Source: Callorhinchus milii (taxonomy: Eukaryota). Taken from it: a DNA stretch of 64,000 nt. The stretch is from NCBI RefSeq assembly GCF_018977255.1, contig NW_024704742.1:99388001-99452000 (forward strand). The letters are read 5' to 3'. The notes under the pieces were generated by a model, which did not search any database, was not told the origin of the DNA, and was given only the letters and a program-made list of their open reading frames with translations. Each line of letters begins with the position of its first letter. The first letter of the stretch is position 1. This document shows positions 1 to 11,753 of this stretch, one piece after another. A program made the position numbers and the translations under genes.

Positions 1-483
1 ACTTTGTTCAGCGAGCTTGCTTAGGGATTATTGCAGTTTGTGCATTTAAGAAAATTGCACTTGAGTGATACACTAAAGGTAACAGGCCATGAAGCATACG
101 TGTCTTGTGCTGAGGATGACAGCCTGAACTATAGAGTCTGCTTCTAAATCCCAGGTCCTCTTCTAAATCTGTCACTGTATTTTTTTCAGTCCTTTCGATT
201 CATCATCTTTCAGTCACCACCTTACCTCTCCTGCCACACCACAGTGTGAGGCATGTCAAAGAATACAAAGCCTTCATTGTCCCAGGTGGACATTAACATG
301 GAGCTGTCATAATCCCAGGGAACATTACAATGGGCTGCACACTCTGCGTATCAATTTTATTCTACATTCTCCTTGAAATGTAATTACCATTTGTGTTTCT
401 GAATTACGCAGCAAATGCCTTTGTGCTTCAACAGCAGTTGCTGAGTGCAGCCTTGCTCTGTGATGCTCTTCCCTTCGCTACCT

Positions 484-503
484 CCCCCCCCCCCCCCCCC
501 CCC
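484..503. repeat. Poly-C run (C20)
   Basis: 20 consecutive C at 484-503. Confidence 0.95.
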
Positions 504-880
504 GCCTTCCCTCAGCAAGGTGTTCCTGAAGGTAACAGTTTATAAATAAATCTCTGCGATTTACACTCCTGTGTGTAATGAATTGCTCAGCGTGGGCCGA
601 GATAGTGGCAGCAGCACCAGGAAAAACAAAACAAGCCTGCTCAGCGCAGCAAACACTGCATTAGTCTTCCTGTAAGATTAATGTAATGTGATTTCTAAAA
701 GTCTTGCACAGAAACAGTGGGAATAAAATTCTCATTTCCAGGACAACACTGCGGTGATACTGCACACCAAGCATTTTCAACCAATTATTATGGCCTAAAA
801 TAACCACCAATATTTGCAATTATTTTTAAAAGATAAAATCACATCAGTGTTACAGTAAAATAGAGTACACCCTGGCCTCT

Positions 881-1250
881 TATAATAATAATAAATAATA
901 CTAATCATTGCATTTGATATTGTGCCTTTTTACGTCTTCAAGTCGTCTCAAAGCGCTTTGCAGAATATACTGTAAAGTGCAGTGACTGTATGTTTTGTGG
1001 GCGAAACGCGGCAGCCAATTACTCACAGTAATGTCACAATCAGTCGCGGATTATATGAACAAATTATTTTTTAAATTTATTTTGAAGGAATCCGCCAATT
1101 GACTAACAACCAGGTTTCTATTTATTGCTTGGTAAACAGAGGTGCGTGTGGAGTAAGCAAACTTATCCAATGTTTCACCCTGCCCAGGAATCAAACCCAG
1201 ATTGTCTCGCTTGCGAGGTGAGTGCTCTAATCACTGAGCTACAGGACTCC
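881..1250 (-). mobile_element. tRNA-derived SINE, full-length long variant
   Basis: Minus strand starts GGAGTCCTGTAGCTCAGTGATTAGAGC (A box) and has GTTTGATTCC (B-box-like), a central domain, an L2-type 3' tail and (TTA)n. Degenerate flanking duplication aatag...cctctt at 859-881 and 1253-1275. Confidence 0.92.
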
Positions 1251-1399
1251 ACAATAGACACACACACTGCCTCTTGAAGTTAACTTCTGTATCTCCTATG
1301 AGGCTAATCGGGTCATTGACATGACATTTGTGAATTATCTCGTCAGCTTGACTTGCAAAGGTGTTTGTCACATCTCACTACTGATTGCGGTACATCCTC

Positions 1400-1585
1400 G
1401 GCATATTCCTACCTATCTCTGATCTTCACTTATTCCACTCTTCTGCTCACTGCTCCGTTAGGCTAACTCAGGTCTACTGCAAGTCCTGTGTCTCCTCAGT
1501 AATCACCATTGGTGGTCGAGCATTCAGCTACTATGCCCCCAACCTCTAGAACTCCCTTTGTCTACCCCTCCATTTCCCAACCTTC
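1400..1585 (+). mobile_element. Old L2 LINE 3' fragment
   Basis: caccattggtggtcgagcattcagc...aacctctagaactccct resembles the 3' region of the younger L2 copies in this window. Confidence 0.6.
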
Positions 1586-1689
1586 TGCCCAGAGGTGAGT
1601 CCAATTCCATCTGAACCAAGCTCATAGCAATGGCCTCCCCAGTGTGTGTGATTTATACATGATTAGAATAACTTATTTTATTTGATCAG

Positions 1690-1960
1690 CTGTTGACAGC
1701 AACTTGTTGACTTGACAATGTTCAATAAATATCAATAATCACACCTAGATCCTTTTCCTTGCCAATATCTGTTAATGGACACCTCTTCACTCTGTGCACA
1801 TGTTTACTGATTCCTGCACCAACATACATCATCTTACATTTATCCACATTAAAATCCATCTGCCACTCCTTGGCCCATCTGCTTAAATGGTCCAGATGTT
1901 CCTGCTATTTATTCTTCATACCTTTGTCCCCTTCCTGCATAACGTGTGTTGTCAACAAAT
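1690..1960 (-). mobile_element. CR1 LINE RT fragment
   Basis: Minus strand translates QEHLDHLSRWAKEWQMDFNVDKCKMMYVG, matching the CR1 RT motif W..W.M.FN..KCK. Confidence 0.85.
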
Positions 1961-2379
1961 TTTACATTGCAGGAAAGTGCTCCCTTCAAGATATTTAGGA
2001 ATAGATTTAACATAGTTCCTATTAACCTGATTAAAAACTAAACTACATTGAAATTAAAATCAATTACACTGTATACTTGCTCATTTGTTTTACGAACAGA
2101 AAGAACAACAGGGAACAGTGGAATGGCCAGCTGATTTAACGCAGAAACATAGAAATGTACAGGACAGATTGCCTTTCTAGCCCTTTCCAAAGTTAAACAA
2201 AATCGTGCACTACTCTTTCTCTTGTACACATTAAATGTTATCTTCGCCAAATAGATATGTAATTCTTTCTTGAATATGAGAGAAACAAGATTTAATTAAC
2301 TCTTTCAAACATTTGCTTCTGAGTTAATTGTCTGCACTCAGTCTCACTGGTCTCCAATGGGGAAGGATTAGATAGGAAA

Positions 2380-2650
2380 ACTACAAAGTATGCAGTCACT
2401 ACACTTTACAGTGCATTGTGTGAAGCACTTTGAGACATTCTCCCGACATAAACGATGATATACCAAATCTATTATTATTATTATTTTATTCACTTTATGG
2501 CTGTTTTGGCTTTATGGCACAAATTGGTTGTTGCGTTCTCCTACAAATACACAGTCACTACACTTTACAAAAAATCGAATGACACGCTTTGTGACGTCCT
2601 CCCAGTGTTGTAGGTGTTTTTATATTTTAATAGAATCACTATTTATTCTA
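2380..2650 (+). mobile_element. Two tandem SINE 3'-tail fragments
   Basis: Two consecutive cagtcactacactttaca...tgaagcactttgagac / acacgctttgtgacgtc tails, the first ending in (TTA)n. Confidence 0.75.
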
Positions 2651-3007
2651 CTTAATGCACAATTTTCATCATTACATATAATAAACCAAATGTGGAAGTT
2701 CTTCCAAAATAAAAGTCTGGTTTGAATGTTAGGTTTGAATATAATTTCATTTAAAAAGCTTTAGCTTAATGCAATTTAAAATTTGTATATGTATTGGTTG
2801 GAAAAAGAAGCTCTGCATTCCCTTCCTGTTTTACAATATCACTGTGTTTCTTAATGGATTTCTTAATTCAAAGTGGGGACTCCTTCCAGCAACTGGAAAT
2901 ATGTCACACATATCACTGTGACGTGAAGGAACCTTACTCTGAAAATACATTGAGTTGGAACATTCTAATGCAAGTTAAAGTCATGGATTTGTAAAGAAAT
3001 CTGTTCC

Positions 3008-4443
3008 AACTACCAGCCGATGTCCAACCTCCCTTTTCTTTCCAAGGTCCTTGAAAGGGCCTTTGCTTCCCAGCTTCGTTCATTCCTCTCCTAACACTCC
3101 CTTCATGAGCCCCTCCAATCTGGTTTCCGTGCAGCTCATAGCACGGAAACTGCTCTGGTCAAGGTGACAAATGACATCCTGTCTATCTGTGACCAGGGCT
3201 CCCTCTGCTTCCTCGTCCTCCTCGACCTCTCCACTGCCTCGATACCATGGAACTCTCCATCCTCCTTTACAGCCTTTCCTTTCACCTCAACCTTCAAGGT
3301 TCTGTACTTGAATGGTTCAGGTCTTATCTCTCACACCACCTCCAATTTATCTCCGCCAACGGTTTCTCTTCCAGGCCCCGCACAATCTTGTGTGGAGTTC
3401 CTCAGGGCTCTGTCCTTGGTCCCCTCCTTTTCAACTTCTACATGCTCCTCCTTGGTGATATCATCCGCAGACATGGGGTCAATTTCCACATGTACGCGGA
3501 TGATACCCAACTCTATCTCTCTGCCTCCACCCTTGATTCCAGGACACCTGACATCCTGACCGACTGTCTGTCTGACATCAAGTCCTGGATGAGAGCCAAC
3601 TTTCTAAAGCTGGATGTCAGCAAGACCGAGACCCTCCTGATTGGCTCGCGCCAGCGCCTCAGCACCTCAGGCACTGGCAGCATCAGCATCCACGGTTGCA
3701 CACTCCACCAATCCAGTCAGGAACCTGGGTGTCTTGTTTGACCCTCAACTGTCCTTTCTTCCCCATACCCATGTCATGATCTGCTCTGCCTTCCCTGACC
3801 TCCACAACATTCCCCGACTGCCACTGCCTCATCCTTCAGACCGTTGAAACCCTCATACATGCATTCGTCACCTCAAGGCTCGACTATGGAAACTCCATCC
3901 TTGTCGGCCTCCACAACTCTTCCCTCCACAAGCTGCAGATCATCCAGAACACTGCAGCTCGTGTACTCTTGCCTACCAGGCTCCGTGACCCCATCACTCC
4001 CACCCTCGCCCGACTCCATTGGCTCCCCATCCCTCAGAGGATCAAATTCAAGATCCTCGTCCTCATTTTCAAGGCCATCCATGGCCTTGCCCCTCCTACC
4101 TCCCTGACATACTGACTCCCTACCAACCTGCCCGCTCCCTCCGTTCAGTGGGCTCCAGTCTGCAACATGTCTCCCGCCTTTCAGCTTCTCTGCCCCCACA
4201 CTCTGGAACTCCATCCCATATTCCCTTCAACTCGCTTCCTCCCTTGCCTCCTTCAAGGCTGGTCTCAAGACCCTCCTCTTCAATCATGCCTTCAGTCAAC
4301 CTCCCACCTCTCTGCCTTCCCTCACCCCTACCCCACCCCTCCCCCATGCTCGGGTCCTGACCCCTGACTGTCCAGCATCTTGGGATGTCCTCCCAAGCTG
4401 AAAGGCGCTCTAGAAATGTAATTTTGTTGTTGTCGTTGTTGTT
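3008..4443 (+). mobile_element. 5'-truncated L2 LINE (RT to 3' end), frameshifted
   Basis: ORF pieces [25 protein letters not shown] and WMRANFLKL..KTE. 3' end cagcatcttgggatgtcctccc...aaatgtaattt(tgt)n. Confidence 0.95.
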
Positions 4444-5489
4444 AAACTATGCAGTATTAACTGGTTAAACTCCAGCAGCACTCCCAGCACACGCTCTGGA
4501 GTCCTCAAGCCTTGATCCTTGCCAATCTGCACTTAATACTCAGGATTAGGTAAGCAAGGTTCATTCCTCTGAGCAGAGAGTTCAATTTCCAATTCTGACG
4601 CAGGGAAATTTCCATGTGTAGGTGACCTACATATGCGGAAATCTCAATCAGGTTTGGATACTCTTAAGCATGGTAATGGGTTTCCACATTTATTAGATGT
4701 GGAATAAGTCAACTGACCTGTTAGGAAATACCACAAATCTGACCTCCAAGATTCTTGATATGAAAACGGGTTCACCATTCTCATCAACTCTAAATTTTAG
4801 TATAAGACTCAACAAAATGTAAATAAATCTTCATTATTTCAAATTGTTCCCAGTGTGAACATGTGCACAAGGGAGAATAGAAGGAAATCAAGGTTACCCT
4901 CTCCACAAATCAAGTCTCAGAGAATTTCTTTTTATAAAAATATCATACTTTACATATTCTGATAGCTTTTTCCCATTGAACGTTTCAAATGGAAATTTAG
5001 AGCTGGATTCTGGAACAAATCCATTCTGGTTTCTTAACCTTGTGCCAAAGATTGCCAGATCCTCTTTTTCAGCTTGTCAATTTTAGGTCAACTCGGGTTA
5101 ATTTCATAAATTTATATGCACCAAGCCCTCTCTGTGCACTTATTAACTGCACTGCTCAGTATGTAGATTGCAACGACATCAACAATCTTGTTAAAGAGAG
5201 AAACATGACTAGAATGAGCTAATTATAGTGATTCAAACAGTGGCCAATTTATCTTGATGGTAGCCTTTGAGAGACCATGGACAGAGGTACTTATACTCCT
5301 TAGCGACTGTATAATTTTAACCCCCCATTATGGATGTGGAATTTGGTTTAACACTCATGAGTTGGTATTGGGGTATTCCACTTTTGAGTGTTGTGACTTG
5401 GACAATTTAACTTTTGTTTGCAGCAAAAATAATACAAACATTTTCATTTTATGATTTTCTTTTCCTTTTCCTTTTGAATTCTGAGAGCA

Positions 5490-5888
5490 TTGGCTTGAGT
5501 GCAGTTAAATGTCAATTGGTAGGACTTTTGCTTCTGAGTTGGAAGGTTATGTATGGTCCAAACCTTATGTCAAGACTTTGCTTGTAATCGAGGCTGATAC
5601 TGGCTGATGTTGTGAAGCAGTCCTGGGCCGTGCTGCTTTGTCAGAGGTGCCTTCAGATGAGTTATTAAACCAAGATCAGGTTAAGCATCCCATGACACTA
5701 TTTGAAAAAATAAGGGGGTTTCTCCTGATATCCTGGTCAAAAATTATATGGATAGAATTGACCATTCACTTCCTAGCTGTTCGTGGGCTATGCACAAAAT
5801 GTTTGCCACATAGCCTACAAATACGCTCATTACATTTTACAGAAAAAAAATTATTGACCCTATATCAAATGCAAAAAATCATTATTAC
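5490..5888 (+). mobile_element. Deu-domain-like tRNA SINE (old)
   Basis: tRNA-like head, then ttcagatgag..ttaaacc...atcccatgacactatttgaa...ttctcctgatatcctgg (Deu-like domain), then the shared L2-type tail. Confidence 0.75.
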
Positions 5889-5914
5889 AGTTCAGGCAAC
5901 AGCTGCCTTCCAGT

Positions 5915-6105
5915 ATTTCACCCAAGTAACCACTCTTTGTGCATGAGACCAGTCAGTCAATGAGAACCAGAAGGCAAGGCTGTTCAACTGTGGAAAGCAT
6001 CACAGCTGATCTCGATCCTGTCCTCACCCAAAATCATCAATCTTTCCATGTGGAAAGATATCAGCAGAAGTGGGAATCCTTATTGGTTACTTCCTCCTTA
6101 GCCCA
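5915..6105 (-). mobile_element. AmnSINE2-like ancient SINE fragment
   Basis: gcatcacagctgatctcgatcctgtcctcaccc...gggaatcc matches other copies in the window and my recollection of the AmnSINE2 consensus. Confidence 0.6.
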
Positions 6106-6185
6106 AAGTTTACAAATTATTTTATATATTCTTCAAATCCTGTTTGCAGTTCTGACATTTTAGCCCCCAATAAAATCATAGAATC

Positions 6186-7045
6186 AACAACAACAACAAA
6201 TTACATTTGTATAGCGCAGTTGGAAGTAGAGAATGGGCGAAGCATGAGAGGGTAGGTGGAGGAGCTGGTTGGTGGTGGAGAAGAGGAGCATGGGGTTGCC
6301 CTTGGCCTCCAAGATTATCTTGGAGTAGAAAGACGATTTAGTGGAGGCGAGGAGGGAGCAGTAAGTTTTAATGTGGTCCAGCCAGATTTGCTGATGGATT
6401 GTTAAATTGAATTTGAGCCAGGTGCGTGCACCTGTGCCTTGAGGGAGTGGAGGTTGCTGGTGTACCATGGTGACTTGCATGAGAGTAGGAGGTGGTTCAG
6501 GAGGTGAAGTGGGCAAGGGCATAGAGAGTGGTGGAGAGAGAGTTGTGGATGATAAGTCAATATGGGAGGAAGCCCAGAGGGGGAGTTCAGATGACTCCAG
6601 GGTAGCAGAGAAGGAGGCGGGGGAGATTTTTTTTCCAGGGATGGTAGGAGATGGAGGTAGATTGGGTGGCGGTGGGGAGAGAGATTGAGGAGTTAAGGGA
6701 GATGAAGTAATGGCTTTGTCAGTGACGGTGATATCCTAGACACTGGGGCTCCGTGTACTCATCAAGTCAAGCGAGTGGCCGTGGTGGCAGAGTGTATGCG
6801 GAGGGAGAGGTTGTGAGTGGAGAGGAGGGAGGAGAAGTCAGCGGAGATAGAGCAAGAAGGGGTAAAGTGCAGGTTGAAGTCGCCTAGGATGAGGAGGCAT
6901 TCGGAGCAGAGGTAGAGGGAAACGAGAAGGGTGTAAATGTCAGAGAGGAAGGTGGGGAGGATTTGGGAGAGCGATAAACAAGGAGACATTTTAGGGAAAG
7001 ATTGGAGGGAGGGTAGAGGATAAGGTGCTTGAAGGAGGGAAAGGA
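6186..7045 (-). mobile_element. L2 LINE fragment: endonuclease/linker region joined to a 3' tail
   Basis: Minus ORFs contain LLILGDFNLH (APE endonuclease motif) and HQQIWLDHIKTY..SKIILEAKGNP.LLFSTTNQLL. Reverse-complement L2 tail (caa)n-attacatttgtatagcgc at 6186-6217. Confidence 0.88.
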
Positions 7046-7049
7046 CAGC

Positions 7050-7368
7050 ACAGAAGGAGGCCATTCGGCTGATCGTACTTGTTCTTTTAAAGAGCTACCG
7101 ACTAGTCCCACTCCCCCACTCTTATCGCATAACCCTGCAAATGTTTCCTTTTAAGTACCTATCCAATTTCCTTTTGAAAGCTATTATTGATTCTACTTCC
7201 ACCACTCTCTCAGGCAATGCATTCCAGACAATAATAAGTCTCTGGGTAAAAACAATTCTCGTCTCCCCTTTGGTTCTTTTGCCAATTATCTTAAATCTGT
7301 GTCCTCTGGTTACTGACCCACTGGCCAGAAGAAACAGTTTCTCCCTGTCTACTCTATCAAATCATTAA
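7050..7368 (-). mobile_element. CR1 LINE 3' fragment
   Basis: Minus strand has agaggacacagatttaagataattggcaaaaga and tggaatgcattgcctgagag (RGH..K, WN.LP motifs), followed by a 3' UTR. Confidence 0.85.
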
Positions 7369-9334
7369 CGGATTAGCACATCACTACAGTATTTAGATGC
7401 ATCCCTCTACCTGTGGCAGAAATGAAATGTGTCATGTGTCTTTAATTATGTTCTCCATAAAATACACTTGCACTATAAGCACTTGCTGCATGTGGGAACA
7501 TGTCATGTGTTGTGACTGGTTAAGTAGCCATTGTGTCAGAATGACTTCCTCAGGGAGATTTTAAATCAATCTAAGAAGCTTTTATAAAATTATTAATTTG
7601 CATTGATACATAAATTAAACCATTATAAGTACATAAAACAGATTTAACAGCATAAATTGAATGAACGTTGTGCAGTGTTTCATATATACTTTTAGACTAT
7701 AATATCGCACTATAATATTCAACAATAAGAAAGTACATTTTAAATGATAAAATAAAATTGTAATTGTACAGCAACTTAGGTTGATCTGTCTCAAAGTGCT
7801 TTACAGCAATTGTAGCTAAGTGTAGTGACTGTTTTGGGGGTAAATGTAGAATTATGGGAAGACACTCAATCATTGGTAAGTTTATCAGCCTTGGCAGATG
7901 AGCCCATCTAATTCTTCAGTGCATTTACCAACCTTGGCAGTGTGAGCTTATCCCATTAGCAGCTCTCCCTACCAAGGTCAGTAAATATATCCTTCTATAT
8001 CTGCAGTGATGAGATTAGAAACACTTGGCAGTCTTCAATCAACGTTATATGAGCTCAACTTTTAACTGTCATTAGCAATGCTTTTATTTTATTGGAACCA
8101 GAGTTCATACTATTAAAAATAATAGGCAATAGAGACGATTTAAAAGGCTGAAATCTAATCGTGATGATCAGATGATGACTATGAACTACTCATACTTTGT
8201 TTTCACAGCTTATTATATATTTTACCCTTTTTATTAAATGCTGATAATCCTTATTATCATATGTTGCAGGATGGCTGTGAGACTCATCCTTTGGTATATT
8301 TCTCACATGGGAGTTTGTCAGCAGTAAAGGGGAGCAAACACAGGTTATTTAGCCTTTGCCCTTGTCAAGATTCTCTTTATCAAAGGCAAACGTGCTGAAT
8401 TGAATAAGCTGTTAGAATGGTGAGGGCAAAGACCAGTCAGGATCATGTCCACAAACATTCGGGCTAGCATTCCTCTGTTTGTTATTAATGGCCAAAGAGT
8501 CAATGCAACAAACAAAGTCACACTGCGGCCCAAAATTCTAAAATGTGAGTAGGAGAAACGGAATTTTGTAAGTGTTAACAAATTCATAAGACAGACACAC
8601 TGTGATAAAGAGGTGAAAAATGTGACACCTCCTAAGCAATTCAGTGTGATAATTATGCTTTGGCATGAATGGTTGAGACTGAAGTAATCTCTTATCGGTT
8701 GCTGCTCTCGATCACAGAAATTGGCCAGCTAAATTTTGGATACTGACTTAATTCAATTAGTATTCTGTGGATCAACGTTCAAATGTTACAAGACCTTCTC
8801 TCTAATGAGTCTTAACAAGGCCTTAACTAGCCTGTTTCCTCTGTTGTTGCTGAAGGCTTTAATTCTAATGTCTGAAGAGTAGAAGAGTAACAACTGAACA
8901 CAACAAAGCTTTCAGTAACATTATCCCTTGAAATTCTGCTCCATTTTGTGCTCCAGTTTATGATACTCTAACACTCAGATCTTAAAATACAAAGATTATG
9001 AAGTATAACATAAAACTTACCAGGACATACTGTAGACAAACCCTTCTCTCCCCCAACACCATCCTCAATGCCAAAGATGTGAAGAAGGGTTATATATTGG
9101 CTTGATTTTCAGGTTATTGGCTTTTTACCCCAATATCACTAAAAGTAGCCGGCACAATGTAACTTCTATTATTTTCATATATTTTTTTCAAACAGGTGAA
9201 ACAAATAACAATGCATATAGGACCCCATTCCAAGATACATTCCCAATTATAAATATCAGGAGTCACTACAAGGGAGAAGATTCAAAGGGTCACCTAACGT
9301 GGTCATAATGATTTTATCCTTTAACCTCTCGTCC

Positions 9335-9897
9335 AATTACAATTCTGTTTATCTAGGAGTTAGTAGGAACCAAGTTATTAGTTGATTGGATCGCTTTCCG
9401 GCAGTAATAATCCCTTAAAATAAATTTAAATAAATTGGTCACTCAATTTATGACTGTTTGTGGGACACTGTTCTGGGCAATTGGTTGCCACGTTTTGCAC
9501 ACAAATTATACAGTCAATTCACTTTACAGTACATTGGAAGATGTGATTAGGCGCTATATCAAAAGGCAAGGTTTATTATTATTATAAGCACTTTAAACGT
9601 CTTCCTGTCGTGAAAGGCGATCATATCAAATGTAAGGATTATTATTATTGTTTGTCAGAACCAAAGCCAGAAATGTGCCCGTCTCACATTAATATTATCT
9701 CCTTCCTAAGTATACAGGGGAGTAAATAATAATAAAAATCCTTGCATTTGATATAGCACTTTTCACCTTTTCTAGACGTCTCAAAGCGCTTCCCAGAATA
9801 TACTGTAAAGTGAATTGAATGCATATTTAGATTTAACAACAACAAATTACATTTATAAAGTGCCTTTCATGTCAGGAGGACATCCCAAGGTGCTGGA
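9335..9897. mobile_element. Cluster: 5'-truncated SINE (+), extra tail (+), SINE tail (-), L2 tail (-)
   Basis: 9335-9585 long-variant SINE body; 9586-9650 tail; 9725-9822 inverted SINE tail; 9835-9897 inverted L2 tail (caa)n-attacatttata...catcccaaggtgctgg. Confidence 0.8.
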
Positions 9898-10554
9898 AGA
9901 TATAGGCGTGCAGTGCATGAGTTCTGCAGTGCAGTGTGCCTTTTCCACAGCTGGATTAGGATCGTGGGAGTTTCTGTCACTCTGTTACGGTGTCTATAGG
10001 CTTATCTTGTTGTGATACTAACTAACAATACGAGTATTAGACGGATTGCTGAGAAATGTGACAACAAGTCAGCTTCACCCGAGACACAAAGTAGCTTCAT
10101 TAGCCAGCCGGCCTCACTGCCCTGACAGGGTCAGAGTCCAGAAGCAAACAGTGGCCTAATTAGGCAATAATGAATGAGAAGGTGCACACTCATTGCAGGA
10201 TTTATCACACCAGGGAATGTGGTGGCATAAGATTAAAGCGAATGCTTCAGCACGTTCCGGAGTGTGCATCCACAGTAGAGTAGTGCACATCTCGGAACTG
10301 ATTGTTCAGATTCTTTTTAATAAGGTTTCAGGATTTATTTTCAGACGCTCTCTGCGGTTCTCTTGACTTCACTTCAATAGACCTGTAAAACAATCATAAA
10401 CTGAAGGGGACCAGCAGCGATTATATATTGGTTTCTAGCCTATTGCAATTCTCCTTTCCCCCCCATCAATAATTTAATCTTGGGTTCTGATTGAATTGTT
10501 ATACTGTCAATCCCTTGTCTAACATCTAACACTCGGAATCCACATGTTATATAA

Positions 10555-10905
10555 TGATATAATGCTTGCAATAATATAGGGCCTAACACTGAAATGTCTC
10601 AAAGATCTCTGTAAAGTGTAGTGGCTGTATCTTTAGGAAAACACAACAGCCAATTTGCATTCTGCAATGTCCCACAAACAGCCACAATTTTATCTGGAGG
10701 ATAGCGTCATGGGCTCTCAAACCCCCTGATCAGGCAGATGTGACCCCGGTTTAACATCTCATTGAAAGGCACCTCCATTAATGCAGCTCTCCCCCAGTAT
10801 TGCATTGGTGTGTCAATCTAGTCAATGAATTCGCCAGGTGGGGCTTGAACCCACAGCCTTCTGACTTAGGGGTAAGAGTGCGACCAACTGAGCCAAAGTG
10901 TCACA
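10555..10905 (-). mobile_element. Deu-domain-like SINE
   Basis: Minus strand: gacactttggctcagttggtcgcactct head, gagatgttaaaccgggg...ctgcctg, then the shared tail. Confidence 0.78.
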
Positions 10906-11164
10906 ACTGCAGGTGCTGCAGTAAAATGTGTCCACTTCTGTATGTTTTTAGCCATTATCACTTGAATCTCAGGAACAGTTGAGCCGGGTTTAAAAATAGA
11001 TGTGCAGATTGATTTTGGATCATTGCAAGACAGGCATATTCAGGTCCAAAATGCACTTGAGCTAATAACTCATTGAGCTATTGATCCAACCTGCATTTTA
11101 GACCACAATGTACAACACTGTAAGCTAACAAACTAAATACTGTGGCCATTTGCATATCAAAAGT

Positions 11165-11500
11165 GGAGTCCTGAGGCTTATTGGTTAGAACACTCGCCTC
11201 ACAAGCGAGAGGATCTGCGTTTGATCCATGGACAGAGTGAAACGTTAGGCAAGTTTCTTATCTCACATGCCTCTGTTTACCTAGCAGTAAGTAGGAACTT
11301 GGTTGTTAGTTGATTGGTGGATTGCTTTTCTGGAGGTAATTCTATGTTCAATAAATAAATAAGAATAATACTTTGGTCACTCAATCCACAACTGTTGTGG
11401 GACACTGCCGCTGTGTTTCGCTTACAAAGTATACAGTCAATTCACTTTACAGTGAAGCACTTTGAGATGCCTCAAAGGTGTAATAAGGCACTATATCAAA
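11165..11500 (+). mobile_element. tRNA-derived SINE, long variant
   Basis: GGAGTCCTGAGGCTTATTGGTTAGAAC head, ctctgtttacctagcagtaagtagg segment and L2-type tail. Confidence 0.9.
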
Positions 11501-11510
11501 TAATAATCTT

Positions 11511-11753
11511 TAATAATAATAATCCTTGCATTTGATATAGCGCTGTTCATGTCTTCTAGATGTCTGAAAGCGCTTCAAAGAATAGACTGTAAAGTGAATT
11601 GACTGTATTGTGGGCAAAACACAGCAGCCAATTGTGCGCAGCAGTGTCCCACAAACAGTCGTGGATTGAAATGACCAATTTATTATTGTTTTTGTTTCTG
11701 GAAAGATTATTATCAGGGTGTGTGGAGTAAGGAAACTTGCCCAAGGTTTAACC
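11511..11753 (-). mobile_element. tRNA-derived SINE, short variant, 5'-truncated
   Basis: Reverse complement of ccttgggcaagtttccttactccacac...gcgctatatcaaatgcaagga(tta)n. Confidence 0.92.

Noticed and set aside
3247..3741. RT ORF with intact YADD as an active or domesticated RT
   Set aside because: The surrounding L2 copy is 5'-truncated and has stops and frameshifts.
8270..8344. Possible 74-bp exon (ttgcag|gatggc...cacag|gttatt)
   Set aside because: Weak donor site and an unrecognisable peptide (DGCETHPLVYFSHG...).
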